This document shows, in pieces, positions 9,790 to 21,277 of a DNA stretch of 64,000 nucleotides. Made by a program: the position numbers and the translations under genes. The DNA is from Piromyces finnis finn. Taxonomy: Eukaryota; Fungi; Neocallimastigomycota. The notes under the pieces are model-generated. The model was not told the origin of the DNA. It made no database searches and saw nothing but the letters and a program-made list of their open reading frames with translations. Within the stretch, counting starts at the first letter, position 1. Each line of letters opens with the position of its first letter. The stretch spans positions 1,178,001-1,242,000 of the forward strand of contig MCFH01000006.1 of the NCBI GenBank assembly GCA_002104945.1. Direction: 5' to 3'.

Positions 9790-9830
9790 GAAAAATCTAC
9801 ATTATTCTACATTATTCTACATTATTCTAA
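9790..9830 (+). promoter_or_regulatory. Putative step-type heat-shock element upstream of HSP20 copy 3
   Basis: (attattctac)x3 gives TTC at 9805, 9815 and 9825 with exact 10-bp period, i.e. nTTCn-5bp-nTTCn-5bp-nTTCn. Confidence 0.6.
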
Positions 9831-10198
9831 ATTTATATATTTTATTAATTAATAATTATGTAATAAAGACTTTTTCATTTATATTATTGTCTTTGTCTAT
9901 ATTGATATACAAATATAAATCATAATAATAATAATAATAATAATCATAACAAAAAAAGTATATAAAGGTCAAAATCTTTTCTAAAACTTTTTTTCATCAT
10001 TACTTTATAATATTACTTTTATAATATATAAATTATAAGTTATAAATTATTATATATATATAAAAATAAAATAATAAATTTATAAAAAAATATATAAATA
10101 ATTAAATAATTATAAAATCAAAAATTCAATTAAATAATTCAAATCGTATTAATAAATTCATTAATTAATAAATTATTGTTTTAAAAAAAAATTCAAAA

Positions 10199-10879
10199 AT
10201 GTCTTTATATATTTATTCTCAACCAATTCACTCATTTGAAAATTCATTATTCGATGATTTCGATAATGATCATTTCTTTGACGCTTTGATTCCTGGTTCT
10301 ACTTATAATACTCTTATTCCACTTTATCCTCGTCGTCGTGGACATCGTAGAAATAGAAATTCATTTGATTATGCCTATAATACTTTAGAAAAACAATTAA
10401 ATAAAATATTTAATGATGATAACAAGTTTTTAACCGACTTCGAACCTAGAATAAATCTTAGTGAAGATGAAAATAATTATTATATTCATGCTGATTTACC
10501 AGGAATGGCTAAAGATAAAATTAAGATGGAAATTGATGAAGAAAGAACTTTAACAATTTCAGGAGAAAGAGAAAATATCTATAAAAACAATAATGATAAT
10601 TCTAGAAAAGAAAAACAAGAAAATGAAAAAGAACAAACTTCAACAACAACAACAACAATGGATGGAATAGAAATGGAAGAAGATCAAAAAAATAATAATA
10701 ATGGCCATAAATATAGTGTAATGGAATGTAGTTATGGTAGTTTCTCTAGATCCTTTACTATTCCAGAAGATGGAAATATTGATAATATTCAAGCTAAAAT
10801 GGAAAATGGAGTTTTAGAAATCATCATTAATAAAATTAGAACTCAAAAAAGTCAAACTCGCTCAATTCAAATTCAATGA
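10199..10879 (+). CDS. Small heat-shock protein (HSP20), copy 3
   Basis: Near-identical to 1931..2623. Differs by F>S, K>R and a 4-residue shorter Thr tract. Confidence 0.95.
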   Translation: MSLYIYSQPIHSFENSLFDDFDNDHFFDALIPGSTYNTLIPLYPRRRGHRRNRNSFDYAYNTLEKQLNKIFNDDNKFLTDFEPRINLSEDENNYYIHADLPGMAKDKIKMEIDEERTLTISGERENIYKNNNDNSRKEKQENEKEQTSTTTTTMDGIEMEEDQKNNNNGHKYSVMECSYGSFSRSFTIPEDGNIDNIQAKMENGVLEIIINKIRTQKSQTRSIQIQ

Positions 10880-11394
10880 ATCCAATGAGTTCATTAAATT
10901 CAATTATTATAATATCTTTATTATATTGAATAATAAACAATTAAGCACATAAACTATTCCTATTTATTTATTCATTTGTCTGCTTTTCTATCATTATATT
11001 TATTAAATTAATATTAATTAAATATTATTTCATTTATACTATCATAATCATATAATCATATATTAAATGTTTAAATATTGAAATAAATAATTTTTTTTCG
11101 TTTCAATTAAAAAAATAATTATAAAATCTTGTAAATATAATAAAAATAATTTTAAATAAAATATAATAAAAATAAAGTGTATAAATGTAAATAAAATAAA
11201 GTATTAATACTATTTTTTATTATTTTGTGTGTTAATAATTATTTAAATATTATGCAGAATTTTAAAAGACTTTTAATATTTACCTTTATTGAAAAATATA
11301 TATTGTTTAGATTAGAATTTTTAATTAATGAAAAAAAAATAAATCCGAATTGTATTTTCGTTAACTTCAAATAAATAATAATTTATATTATTAA

Positions 11395-12050
11395 CAATGG
11401 TCAATGTTAAAAATATTTAAAGTGATAATCAAAATGAAAATGCTGAATAAATAGTAAGGCCACAACCAATGAAGATCTCGGAGTTAGTTTAGGAAGCATC
11501 CGATGCTGGAGTACTTTTTGCAGATAATATAGTTATTTAAGCATTATTCTTGATGGTAGCAGCGGAACTCCTAACCAAAATCATGTCTTTTGTTATTTGC
11601 CAGCAATAGTCAATGTTTAAAAGGTTTGAGGCAACATCCAAGAGTGTCAATACTGAAAAAACAGTAAGACAGGTCAGGAGGACCAGCGCAGATCATAATT
11701 TTGTCCCATGACAAGATTTTGATCTTTAGCTCGGCGTCCTATTGGAAGTCGAAAACAATTATTATACTTTAGTATAATAGTGGCTTTCTTTAATTAAAAT
11801 TACTATAATACATTATACCCAATTTTTTTAAACATATTTTTTTAATTCTTATTTCTTATAATATGTATTATAATTTTAATTAAATTAATAATAAAGTTTG
11901 AAAGTATTTGATGCAATTAAAAGAAAAAAAAATACAATTATTGAACTTTAATATAAAAGTAGCCTTCTTAATTTAACTAAAAATTTATATATAATTAATT
12001 TTTTTTTTTTATATTTATTTTAAATACATAGGCATTATAATAATAAACAT
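11395..12050 (+). mobile_element. Old decayed 3' relic of the same LINE family, interrupted by a younger nested copy (end approximate)
   Basis: 11395-11477 resembles LINE 8626-8725 (caatggtcaatgtt; aatgctgaataaatagtaag vs aatgctgaagaaacagtaag; caaccaatgaagatc). 11930-11990 resumes as a degenerate 3' UTR (LINE ~8782-8840). Confidence 0.65.
11471..11932 (+). mobile_element. 5'-truncated, internally deleted LINE copy with its own poly(A)
   Basis: 11471-11538 matches the RT FADD region 7078-7148. 11545-11918 matches 8568-8980. A-tail at 11919-11932. Confidence 0.88.
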
Positions 12051-12199
12051 GAACATAATAATAATAATAATAAATATAATAATAAACATAAACATAAACA
12101 TAATAAACATTAATAAAAATGAAAATAATAATAATAATAAGTTATAGAAGAAGTAATAGTATTTATAATGATTGTGAAGATGAGAATTCTAATTTGCAA

Positions 12200-12450
12200 G
12201 TGCCAAATTAAATAAGGCACATATGAGGAGTTCCACAGTAATCATTTTTAACGATTATTGCTGAATTCCCATTAGAAGTTGAATACAATTTACTATAGTG
12301 TAATAGTGTCCTTCTTAATTTAAAATTACTACACATTTTTATTCATTTGTGCTTAATAAACTTTTTTATATTTTTTTAAATTTATTTTTAAATACATTAA
12401 TTATAATTTCAAGTTTAACTATTTGCAGCAATTAAAAAAAAAAAAAAAAA
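12200..12450 (+). mobile_element. Third, more diverged 3' relic of the LINE family with poly(A)
   Basis: tcccattagaagttgaatacaatt, aaaattacta and ttttattcatttgtg match the 3' UTR. Ends gcagcaatt-(A)17. Confidence 0.75.
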
Positions 12451-15327
12451 ATTAACAAATCTTCTATGATATTCATAATAAACATTTTAAACATTTTTAT
12501 TGTAATTGTTTAATTTCAATTTTCAATTTCTTAAAATCTTTATATCTCATAATTTATAATTAATTGGCATAATAGTTTTATGTTTTAAGATTTATTATTA
12601 AAGATAATAATTAGCACTAATAAAACAAAAAATATTTAATATATATATATGTGTTTTTTTTTTTTTTTTTTTTAAATAGAAAATTCTATGTGAATGAAGA
12701 GTTACAAATATAAATTATATAATCAAAAAAAGCTTTTTCAAATTATCCTTGTATTTTATATTTTTAATAGTAATAATAAACAATATCTTTCATTTAATTT
12801 TAAATAGTAGTTCTTTATTTATTTTAAAGATGTTTCACAATAGCTTATAATATTGTTTTATTCTAATTCTTAATTAATAGTATTATGATATGAAATATTT
12901 AAATTTTAGAAAATATTAAGTAATATATAATAAAAAGCAATAGAAATATTATATTGATGCTAATTTATTTTCAATAATTAACTATTAAATACTTTATATA
13001 TATATATATTTATATGATTTTTAATAATATTCATTTAAAAAGAAAATGTAATTACTATATATATGTAGTAGTTACATCTGTAAAACAAGTTTATTATACT
13101 ACAATTTTTATTTTTTTTTGTACATCATCTTTTAACTTTTGAATTTACAATACTTTTTTTTTTTTTTACATAATTCACTACATATTTAAATATAAGTATA
13201 AAATTAATGATTTAAAATTTCTCCAACTTTTAACAAAATAAACCAAATGATCATAAGAGAAATTCTTCTATGTCTTAGTTTGATGAGGCTAAAAAGTTTA
13301 AAAATGATTATTTAAAAATATTTTAGGAAATATTATAAGAATAAGAAAATTGATAATGATAATTAAATAATTAATAAAAAAAATAAACAAAATTTAATAA
13401 TAAATATTTTAGTTATAGTAAAGATATATATTACAAGTAATAATGAAATGAATAAATAAATAAATAGAATTAAAAAGCTATCATTTATTTTTTTATATTT
13501 AAATTATTTTTTATTTTATTACTATTAGTACTTTTTTGAATTAATAATAAATTTGAATTTTTTTTTATTTTTTATACTTTAAATAAATTAATATTACTTT
13601 GTAAAAAAATGAATGGATAAATATTAACTAACAAATATTTTAATATATTATCTATATAGCAATATTAAATATTAAAATTTTTTCAATTTACATTTGATGT
13701 ATATATGTAATATATTATACATATAATTAATATATTTATTTTATTTAAAACTTATATATTCCATTTTCACTAAGCAACATAAAGATCATAACAATACTAA
13801 ATGTAATAATATTATTTGGTGAAAGTTAACTAATGAAAAATGCTAATATTATTCGTTTAATATTGCATGAATATTAGTTTACTTTTCTATATATTTTCAT
13901 TGGAATAATGTATCACCATATGATCTAATCTTTTTTTTAAAATCAGTAAATTATTATTGGCTAAAGGTAACATCATCATTAAAATAGTAATTATAACAAT
14001 TGAATTTAATTTATTTAAATTAAAAATCTTATGTTTTATATTTTTGTATAAAAATTAAAATTCCATATTTATTAATTTCAAAAACAATTAATCCTTATCA
14101 TGTAAATAATCCAATTTAATTGATTTTATAATTTTTTTTAAAAGATAAACAATTTAATAGTATTAAAAATAGGCATAAGTCATTTTATAATAAACTATTC
14201 TAATAATGTTATCATCATTATGCTTCTTTTAGTTTCTAGATTTATATATACATAAAACATTGTTTAGGGTATTACTTTTTTATTTATAAAAAATGTGTAT
14301 TATTAGAATTAAATGTTATGGAAGAGTAATTTATTTTTAGTATGATTCACATAAAGATATAAAATAAATACATATATTAAATATTAATGCTTTTCATATA
14401 TTAAAAAGGAAACAAATCCATTATTACATAAAAAATAATTAAAACTAAAAAATCAAGCTTTATGTTAAATATGTCATATTTATAGAATTATATTACTAGT
14501 ATATTATTCAATATATTTGATTATAAAGCTAATTCTTTTTAATTAATATGAACAAGTAATTATTTTTTAAAAAGATATCAAAAAAAAAAAAAAAAAAAAA
14601 AAAAAAAGAAAAACCATTAACATTTATTTAAAATAATAAATAGTTATTTACATATTTATTATTTTTATTATATTGATAATACTATTTTTTATATTATTAG
14701 TATTTAAATTTTAATATTATGTTATTATAATTAAAATAAAATTTTTAAAAAGTATATGAATACTTTCAATGACAATGTATAAGAAATTATAAAAAAAATA
14801 TAAATATCTCAAAATTTGTCAAAGTTTATTCCTTTTTTTTTTTTTTCTTTCTTTGCTTGTTTTGGATTTATATACTATAGTATTGAAAAATATACATTTT
14901 TCAGAAAAAAAAAAAAGATTATATATGTTAATAATTCATAGTACCAACATATTCTTTAAAATCATTAAAACAGCAATAAATAATAGATATATATAGAGAA
15001 TAGTTTAAATTCTAATGATTTATAATAAATAGAAAAACTGTTATAATAAATATATTAACATTAACAAATAATATATAATATTTTAAGAGATAAGTTTATA
15101 TATGATCAATAAATATATTTATGTGAGTAGAACATGGCATACACTATATTAACAAGGAATTCTATATATATAAAATTATAAAAGTATAAAACAATTACAT
15201 GTTGTTTAGTGTAAAAAGAAATGTTATAAAAATATCATATTAGTTAATATTTTTCCCAAAATAAATATTGAATCATTTTATATAAAATATTTATACAATA
15301 AACTTTATTAAATAATAATATAGAGTG

Positions 15328-15338
15328 AATAAATAAAA

Positions 15339-15370
<32 letters not shown>

Positions 15371-15415
15371 AATAATAATATTAAAAATAATAATATTAAA
15401 AATAATAATATTAAA

Positions 15416-15493
<78 letters not shown>
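15328..15493. repeat. Compound microsatellite (AAAT)n / 15-bp units / (AAT)n
   Basis: Directly visible. Explains the poly-Leu and poly-Ile pseudo-ORFs here. Confidence 0.9.
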
Positions 15494-15495
<2 letters not shown>

Positions 15496-17657
15496 CCATA
15501 AAAAATCAAATATTTTTTATTTCATAATAATTAGTTAATTATTTATTTAATCAAACTGTATAATTTATTTAAACATATATAATAATATATAATGAATAAT
15601 ATATTTTTAAATAATATTATGTTGAATTACTTTTTTAAGTTTTTATATAAAGATATATTCAAGTTTAAACAACTTTTTTCTTTACAAAAAGTAGTGAAGA
15701 CTTGAAAAAATACCTTAAAAATGCAATTTTAATATTAGTTAACAGATGCATTAGATTGTTAGAACCAGTGGGGAGCTGTTTTTTATTAGTAATAAGAAAG
15801 TTAAACTCTTATAGTAGGCACATAGTTAGAAAACTGTAGAGGAACTTAAAATATTAGTGAAAGAATTATACAAATAATGAAAACAATTAATTTATAGTTA
15901 TTAATATAAATAACAAATAATAGTTATTATACCAAATATAAAGTGTGGTAGTTTAAATAAACAATTTTTAAAATAAAAAGTAATATTTTTTCTTTTAATT
16001 TAAAACAACAAATCATAGTAAGCAACAATATTAGAAGTGAATTTAAAAATAAGAAAGCCATATTCCTTTTTTTTTAATAAATTCTAATTTTTCTTTAACC
16101 ATTATATATATTCAATTATTTATTCTTATTAGAGAATGAGTAAACTAATGAAACCTGTGTTTAATGAGACCCAATACCAATAGAGATACTAATATTATTA
16201 TTAAATATAATTTTATTTTTAGAGAGAGTTATTGGTTACTCGAACTTTATGTTTTTCTTTTTTTTTTTTTTTTTATTAAATATATATTTAAAATGAATGG
16301 TGAGTATTTTTTATAATATATAATTAACTAATTTCACTTTATTTTGTACTTTTTAAAGATTCACCAAAAATTTCCACATTTTTAAATTAAATTGATTATG
16401 TAATATCTTACTAATAAAGTGATCGATTATATTAAATTAATTAAAAACACAGAATATTTTATATTAAAAGTTTGGAAAATAATGAATTAATCGTTTTGGA
16501 ATTACTATACAAAATTATATTTTTTAAATAGCCGGACTAATGATAAATTCAAAGTAGTGTAGAATAATAGTAGTAGTAAAGAAAAATATATATATATGTA
16601 CATAATTAAATAGTTTAAAATTTAATTAATAAAATTAGTTAATGTTCATCTATTAAAATTTTGTAATATATAACTTAATAAATAAAATATACATTAAAAT
16701 ATATATTGTATTTAATTGTTTGTTATTGGAATAATTCAATAGAATTAATAGTGATATTTTTGTTAAAATTGATTTAAATATTATATCTTATATATATTTA
16801 TCCATTTATTAATAGTATACTAGTATTTATGATTTAATATATTGATTTTGCTAAGTTAAATATATTGTAATATATTCTAATATATTCTCTGTAAAATAAG
16901 GGATTGATTTTTTACAAATCATTTATATATTTAATATAATGATTATTTGGATGAATGAACTAATTTCTTTAAGAAGTAAATTTAAATCGAACCATATATT
17001 ACCTATATATAAACTACATATATAATATATTTTGGATAACAATAATATTATTGGCTTGTTATTAACAAATTTAAACTTTTTATAATTTGGATTATATTGA
17101 AATATATATGATTCAATATATATTTATATATAACATTTAAAATTTTTTATTAATAAATTAAAAATATTACTAAAATTTTGTCATTTTTTTTTAAGAAAAA
17201 AAAATAATAATAATTATAGAATAAATATAAAATTATAATAAAATAATAATAAAAAAGAAAATATATAAAAATAAAAAAATTTTCTTTCTATCCCTCTTTT
17301 TTTTTTTATTTTTAAGATTATTTTATTTATTAATAATTAACATTAAAGTATTGTTAGTTTATTTCCATTATATTTAAAGATAGGAAATAACTTTTGTAAC
17401 AAAAGTGTAAAATAAAAATAATAGCAGTAATAAAAATCTATTTAGTATACCAAATAAAATATAAAATTGTAGATTTTTAATAACATAAAATTAAATAAAT
17501 ATTATAATACTTTTCATTTTTAAAAAACTAGTGATAGTAAAAGTATATTTTAATTTTAAAAAAAGATTAAAAAGTAATTTAGAAAAACAAACAATAACAA
17601 TAGATAATTAAAAATAGTTAAAAGATAAAAGAATTTTATTATAAAATAGTTAAAAAA

Positions 17658-19037
17658 ATGTTGACTCAAATTAATCCTGCTACTACAGTTGATTTTCCAT
17701 TTGAAAGGGAACAAAAAATTGAAATAGAAAATATTTATAACCAAAATGTTGATCCAAATGCTTTAAATAAATTCGCAAAGCTTCCAAATAATCAAGAAAT
17801 TATGATAATCTCTGAATTTGAATTAGAAAGTGGATATGTTTTAAAGAATGTTCCAGTTGCTTACAAAACTTTAGGTACATTAAATGAAACTAGAGATAAT
17901 GTACTTGTTCTTTGTCACGCACTTTCTGGTTCTTCTGACTTTGAAGATTGGTGGGGTGATTTAGTTGGTCCAGGTAAACCTTTTGATACTAACATTTTCT
18001 TTATTTTCTGCGGAAATGTTCTTGGTTCTCCATATGGTACCGCTTCTCCAGTAACTATCAACCCAGAAACTCAAAGAATATATGGTCCAGAATTCCCACT
18101 CACAACTATCAGAGATGATGTAAGAATTCATCGTGAAGTTTTAGATAGATTAAACGTTAGAAGTATTGAATATGTTATTGGTGGATCTTTAGGTGGTATG
18201 CAAGCTCTTGAATGGGCATTCTTTGGTCCAGAATATGTTCATAATTTAGTTGCAATTGCTACTTGTGCTTCTCAATCTGCTTGGGGTATTTCTTGGAATG
18301 AATGCCAAAGACAAGCTATTTTTAGTGATCCAAATTTCAACTATGGTTATTACACCCCTGATAGTACCCCAAATGCCGGTTTATCTACTGCAAGAATGCA
18401 AGCTATGATGACTTATAGAACCAGAAATTCATTCCAATCAAGATTTGGAAGAAAAATTATGCAAACCTCAAATCATCATCTTAAAGCTAATAACTTTTTA
18501 AAGCATAATGAAGGTAATAAGAATATTAGATTAAATGATCCAGCTCATAAAAAGCCATTACCACAAAATTTATACAATAAGAAAACAATAATTAGCCAAC
18601 CAGTTGTTTATTCTGCTCAAAGTTATTTACGTTATCAAGGTGATAAATTTATTCAACGTTTTGATGCAAATTGCTATGTTGCCATTACTAGAAAAATTGA
18701 TACTCATGATATTTCTAGGGATAGAGCTTCCTCTATTGAAGAAGCTTTAAATATGATTAGTCAACCAACTTTAGTTGTTGGTATTGCTTCTGATGGATTA
18801 TTCACTGCAAGTGAAACTGAAGAAATTGCTAAGAACATTCCAGATCATCACTTAGAATGGATTGAATCCGATGATGGTCATGATGCATTCCTTTTAGAAT
18901 TCAAGCAAATGCAAGATATTTTATTAAACTTTATGAAAGAAAAAACCCCACAATACGAAAAATTAGGTGTTGTTACTGAAGATAGTAAATACAAAAAACC
19001 AATGAAAGCTAGTTTATTTGGAGAATTTGAAGGATAA
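17658..19037 (+). CDS. MET2: Homoserine O-acetyltransferase (fungal type), intronless
   Basis: CHALSGSSDFEDWWG, GNVLGSPYGT, nucleophile elbow GGSLGGMQALEW, SYLRYQGDKFIQRFDANCY, GHDAFLLE. Confidence 0.93.
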   Translation: MLTQINPATTVDFPFEREQKIEIENIYNQNVDPNALNKFAKLPNNQEIMIISEFELESGYVLKNVPVAYKTLGTLNETRDNVLVLCHALSGSSDFEDWWGDLVGPGKPFDTNIFFIFCGNVLGSPYGTASPVTINPETQRIYGPEFPLTTIRDDVRIHREVLDRLNVRSIEYVIGGSLGGMQALEWAFFGPEYVHNLVAIATCASQSAWGISWNECQRQAIFSDPNFNYGYYTPDSTPNAGLSTARMQAMMTYRTRNSFQSRFGRKIMQTSNHHLKANNFLKHNEGNKNIRLNDPAHKKPLPQNLYNKKTIISQPVVYSAQSYLRYQGDKFIQRFDANCYVAITRKIDTHDISRDRASSIEEALNMISQPTLVVGIASDGLFTASETEEIAKNIPDHHLEWIESDDGHDAFLLEFKQMQDILLNFMKEKTPQYEKLGVVTEDSKYKKPMKASLFGEFEG

Positions 19038-20775
19038 GATTTTTAAAAAATTTAAACAAAATTAAAAAGATGTATCCTTACTTTTATATAAAGTCTTATA
19101 CCCTAAATAATTAAAATTCCAAAAACTATCTTTTATAAATATATTTTATTAGTTTTTTAAATTTAATATCTAATTTAATTATACGTCATATCTTATAACA
19201 ACATCAAGAATAAATCAATTAATATTAATAAAAATATATAATGTAGCTATCTATGAAAGCTTTTATATATTTATCTGTATTATATTATTTATAAATAAAA
19301 ATTATTTATTAAACAATTTATAGAAAATAAATAGATCATTAGCCTTTTTATTTTAAAATATATAAATTTAACATATTATTTTCAAACAAAAACAAAGCAT
19401 TCAAATTTAACATCATATTTTATATATTAATTTAATAATGTCGCAAATAAAAAAAAAAAATAAATAAAGTAAAATTATTAATAATAATAAAAACAGTATT
19501 GTCAAAGGAATATAAGTAAATTTTTGTTTTGTTTTATATTTTTTGTAAAGTTTTATTTCTTTTTTCATTCGTAACTGTAAAGGGAAAGTGGATAACCATA
19601 GTAATTTCTATTTCTAAATTCTACCATCAATTATAGCAAAAATAGTAAATAAATAAAGGAATAAATAAAAGATATAATAAGTTCAGTTCATGATCTAGGT
19701 TTTAAGAATAAAGTAATATACATTAAAAAATAAAAAACGACTAAAGATTAACATCTAAAAGAAATTAAATTTAAAATGTGAATTTGGTATACTATTTTAA
19801 TTTGAAATATATTGTATGTTAGATTTAAATTGCAAATATTTAATTCTTCTGGATTGGATAAATTAAATATGAATATATAAGTGAAAAATCTCATTAATAG
19901 AAAACAAGTATATAATAATTACCTAGTACTTTTTCTTTTTTTTTTTTTTTTTTTTTTTTTTGTTATGAGATAGTAGCTAATAATTTTTATATTATTGTAA
20001 TGAATTGATTAATAAAAAAAGTTTTAAATACATTGGATCGAGTGTTAATGTAAAGCGATTAACATTTAGTGTTAGAATAAAATTATATTTTGATAGTAAT
20101 CATAATATAAATTTGAAATAATTAAAAACCATTTCTTTTCATATAATAATTTTTTTTTTTTATAATATTTTTAATACTCTAAATAATATATATTTTTTTA
20201 AAACTAGCTATTATGATAAAAAATAAAAAATTAAACACCATAAAATCCATTTCTATTTTGGGAAAATAGTTCAATGTAAAATTGATTAGCTAAATAAGTA
20301 TTTTATTTTTTAATCTCATAAAAAAAAAAAAAAAAAACTAATAATTTTAAATGAAAACCAGACATAAATAAATTATTATGTGTAATCATAGTTAAATGGT
20401 AGAATAAAAATATAGGTTATTGAAAAAAAATCAATACTATTTTTTGCTCCATAATTGTATTCATTTACATTTCTTATTAGCATTTTTCTAATTCCATTAT
20501 TTTCTCAATTTGATTAAGAAAAATATTATTAATAACATGTTAATTAAAGACTCAAATCAATAGTATTTTTGTTAGTTAGTTAGTAGTAGTAGTAATATAA
20601 AAAGAAAATAATATATTTTTAATTTTTAAGTTAGGAAAAACTAAAAAAAATTTGATAGATTTGTTTAATATTTATAAACTATATCCCATTGAAAAAAAAT
20701 AATTTATTTTTATATATAAAAATTGTAAAATTGATAAAGTGAATATTTATACTATATAACTAATATAATAAATCG

Positions 20776-20824
<49 letters not shown>

Positions 20825-20826
20825 TT
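20776..20826. repeat. Palindromic microsatellite junction (AAT)8(ATT)9
   Basis: Perfect 48-bp palindrome centred at 20799/20800. Confidence 0.85.
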
Positions 20827-21277
20827 AAAAGTGAATTTTAATAAAATTATTGGGTATTTTGATTACCATTTTACTATTAATTCCAAAATATATGAAAAAT
20901 TATAAAAGTGTAATTTTCATTGTGTTATTACAATAATAACAATAAAATAAAGAAAAATAAAATAAATAAATAAAAAAAGATATAAAACTATCATATTAAT
21001 AATTTAGTGATTCTTAACTTTTATTTAACAATTAACAAATTAAAAATTAAAAAAAAAAAAAAAAAAATTAACTGAAATTTTGATATTCTAAAAAATTTTA
21101 AATTTAAAATTATATATGTAATAAATACTTTATTATTATTATTTGTAATTTCTATTTAAATTTATAATTATAAATTAATGTAAAAAAATTTTTTTTTTTT
21201 CAAATTTAATTATTATTTAAAATTTATCATAATGATAATTTTGTAAATATATGATGATGTAGAGTCTTCTTTTTTTT

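Larger units (their letters stand above)
1..11365 (+). repeat. Tandem array of ~2.57-kb HSP20 gene units (at least 3 copies), one unit interrupted by a LINE
   Basis: HSP20 stops at 45, 2623 and 10879. Spacing is 2578 bp, and 2560 bp after removing the 5684-bp element plus 12-bp TSD. Spacer 46-1930 aligns by eye with 2624-3340 joined to 9037-10198. Homology after the third copy fades near 11365. Confidence 0.93.

Noticed and set aside
13941-13980. Minus-strand AUGAUGA...CUGA box C/D snoRNA-like pattern
   Set aside because: Only ~40 nt, with no second box pair and no rRNA complement I could recognise. Expected by chance in AT-rich DNA.
15244-15499. Poly-Leu and poly-Ile ORFs
   Set aside because: Translations of the (AAT)n microsatellite. 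The same applies to the Leu run in ORF 36140..36475 and to several other short hydrophobic ORFs in AT-rich intergenic DNA.
15740-15845. Relatively GC-rich patch with an aacag/ctgtt stem and exon-like flanks on the minus strand
   Set aside because: Stops in all three minus frames and no match to snRNA, tRNA or snoRNA motifs that I could identify.
17658-19037. Intronless MET2 as a bacterial horizontal transfer
   Set aside because: Its motifs (GSPYGTASP, ARMQAMMTYRTRNSFQSRFGR, SAQSYLRYQG) and the long insertion are fungal Met2-like. Lack of introns alone is not evidence. A phylogeny would settle it.
19072-19080. GTATCCTT 35 nt after the MET2 stop (and gtatcctt near 62985) as further U12 introns
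   Set aside because: No coding frame to restore and no clear branch/AG pair. The second is antisense within a POP7 exon.
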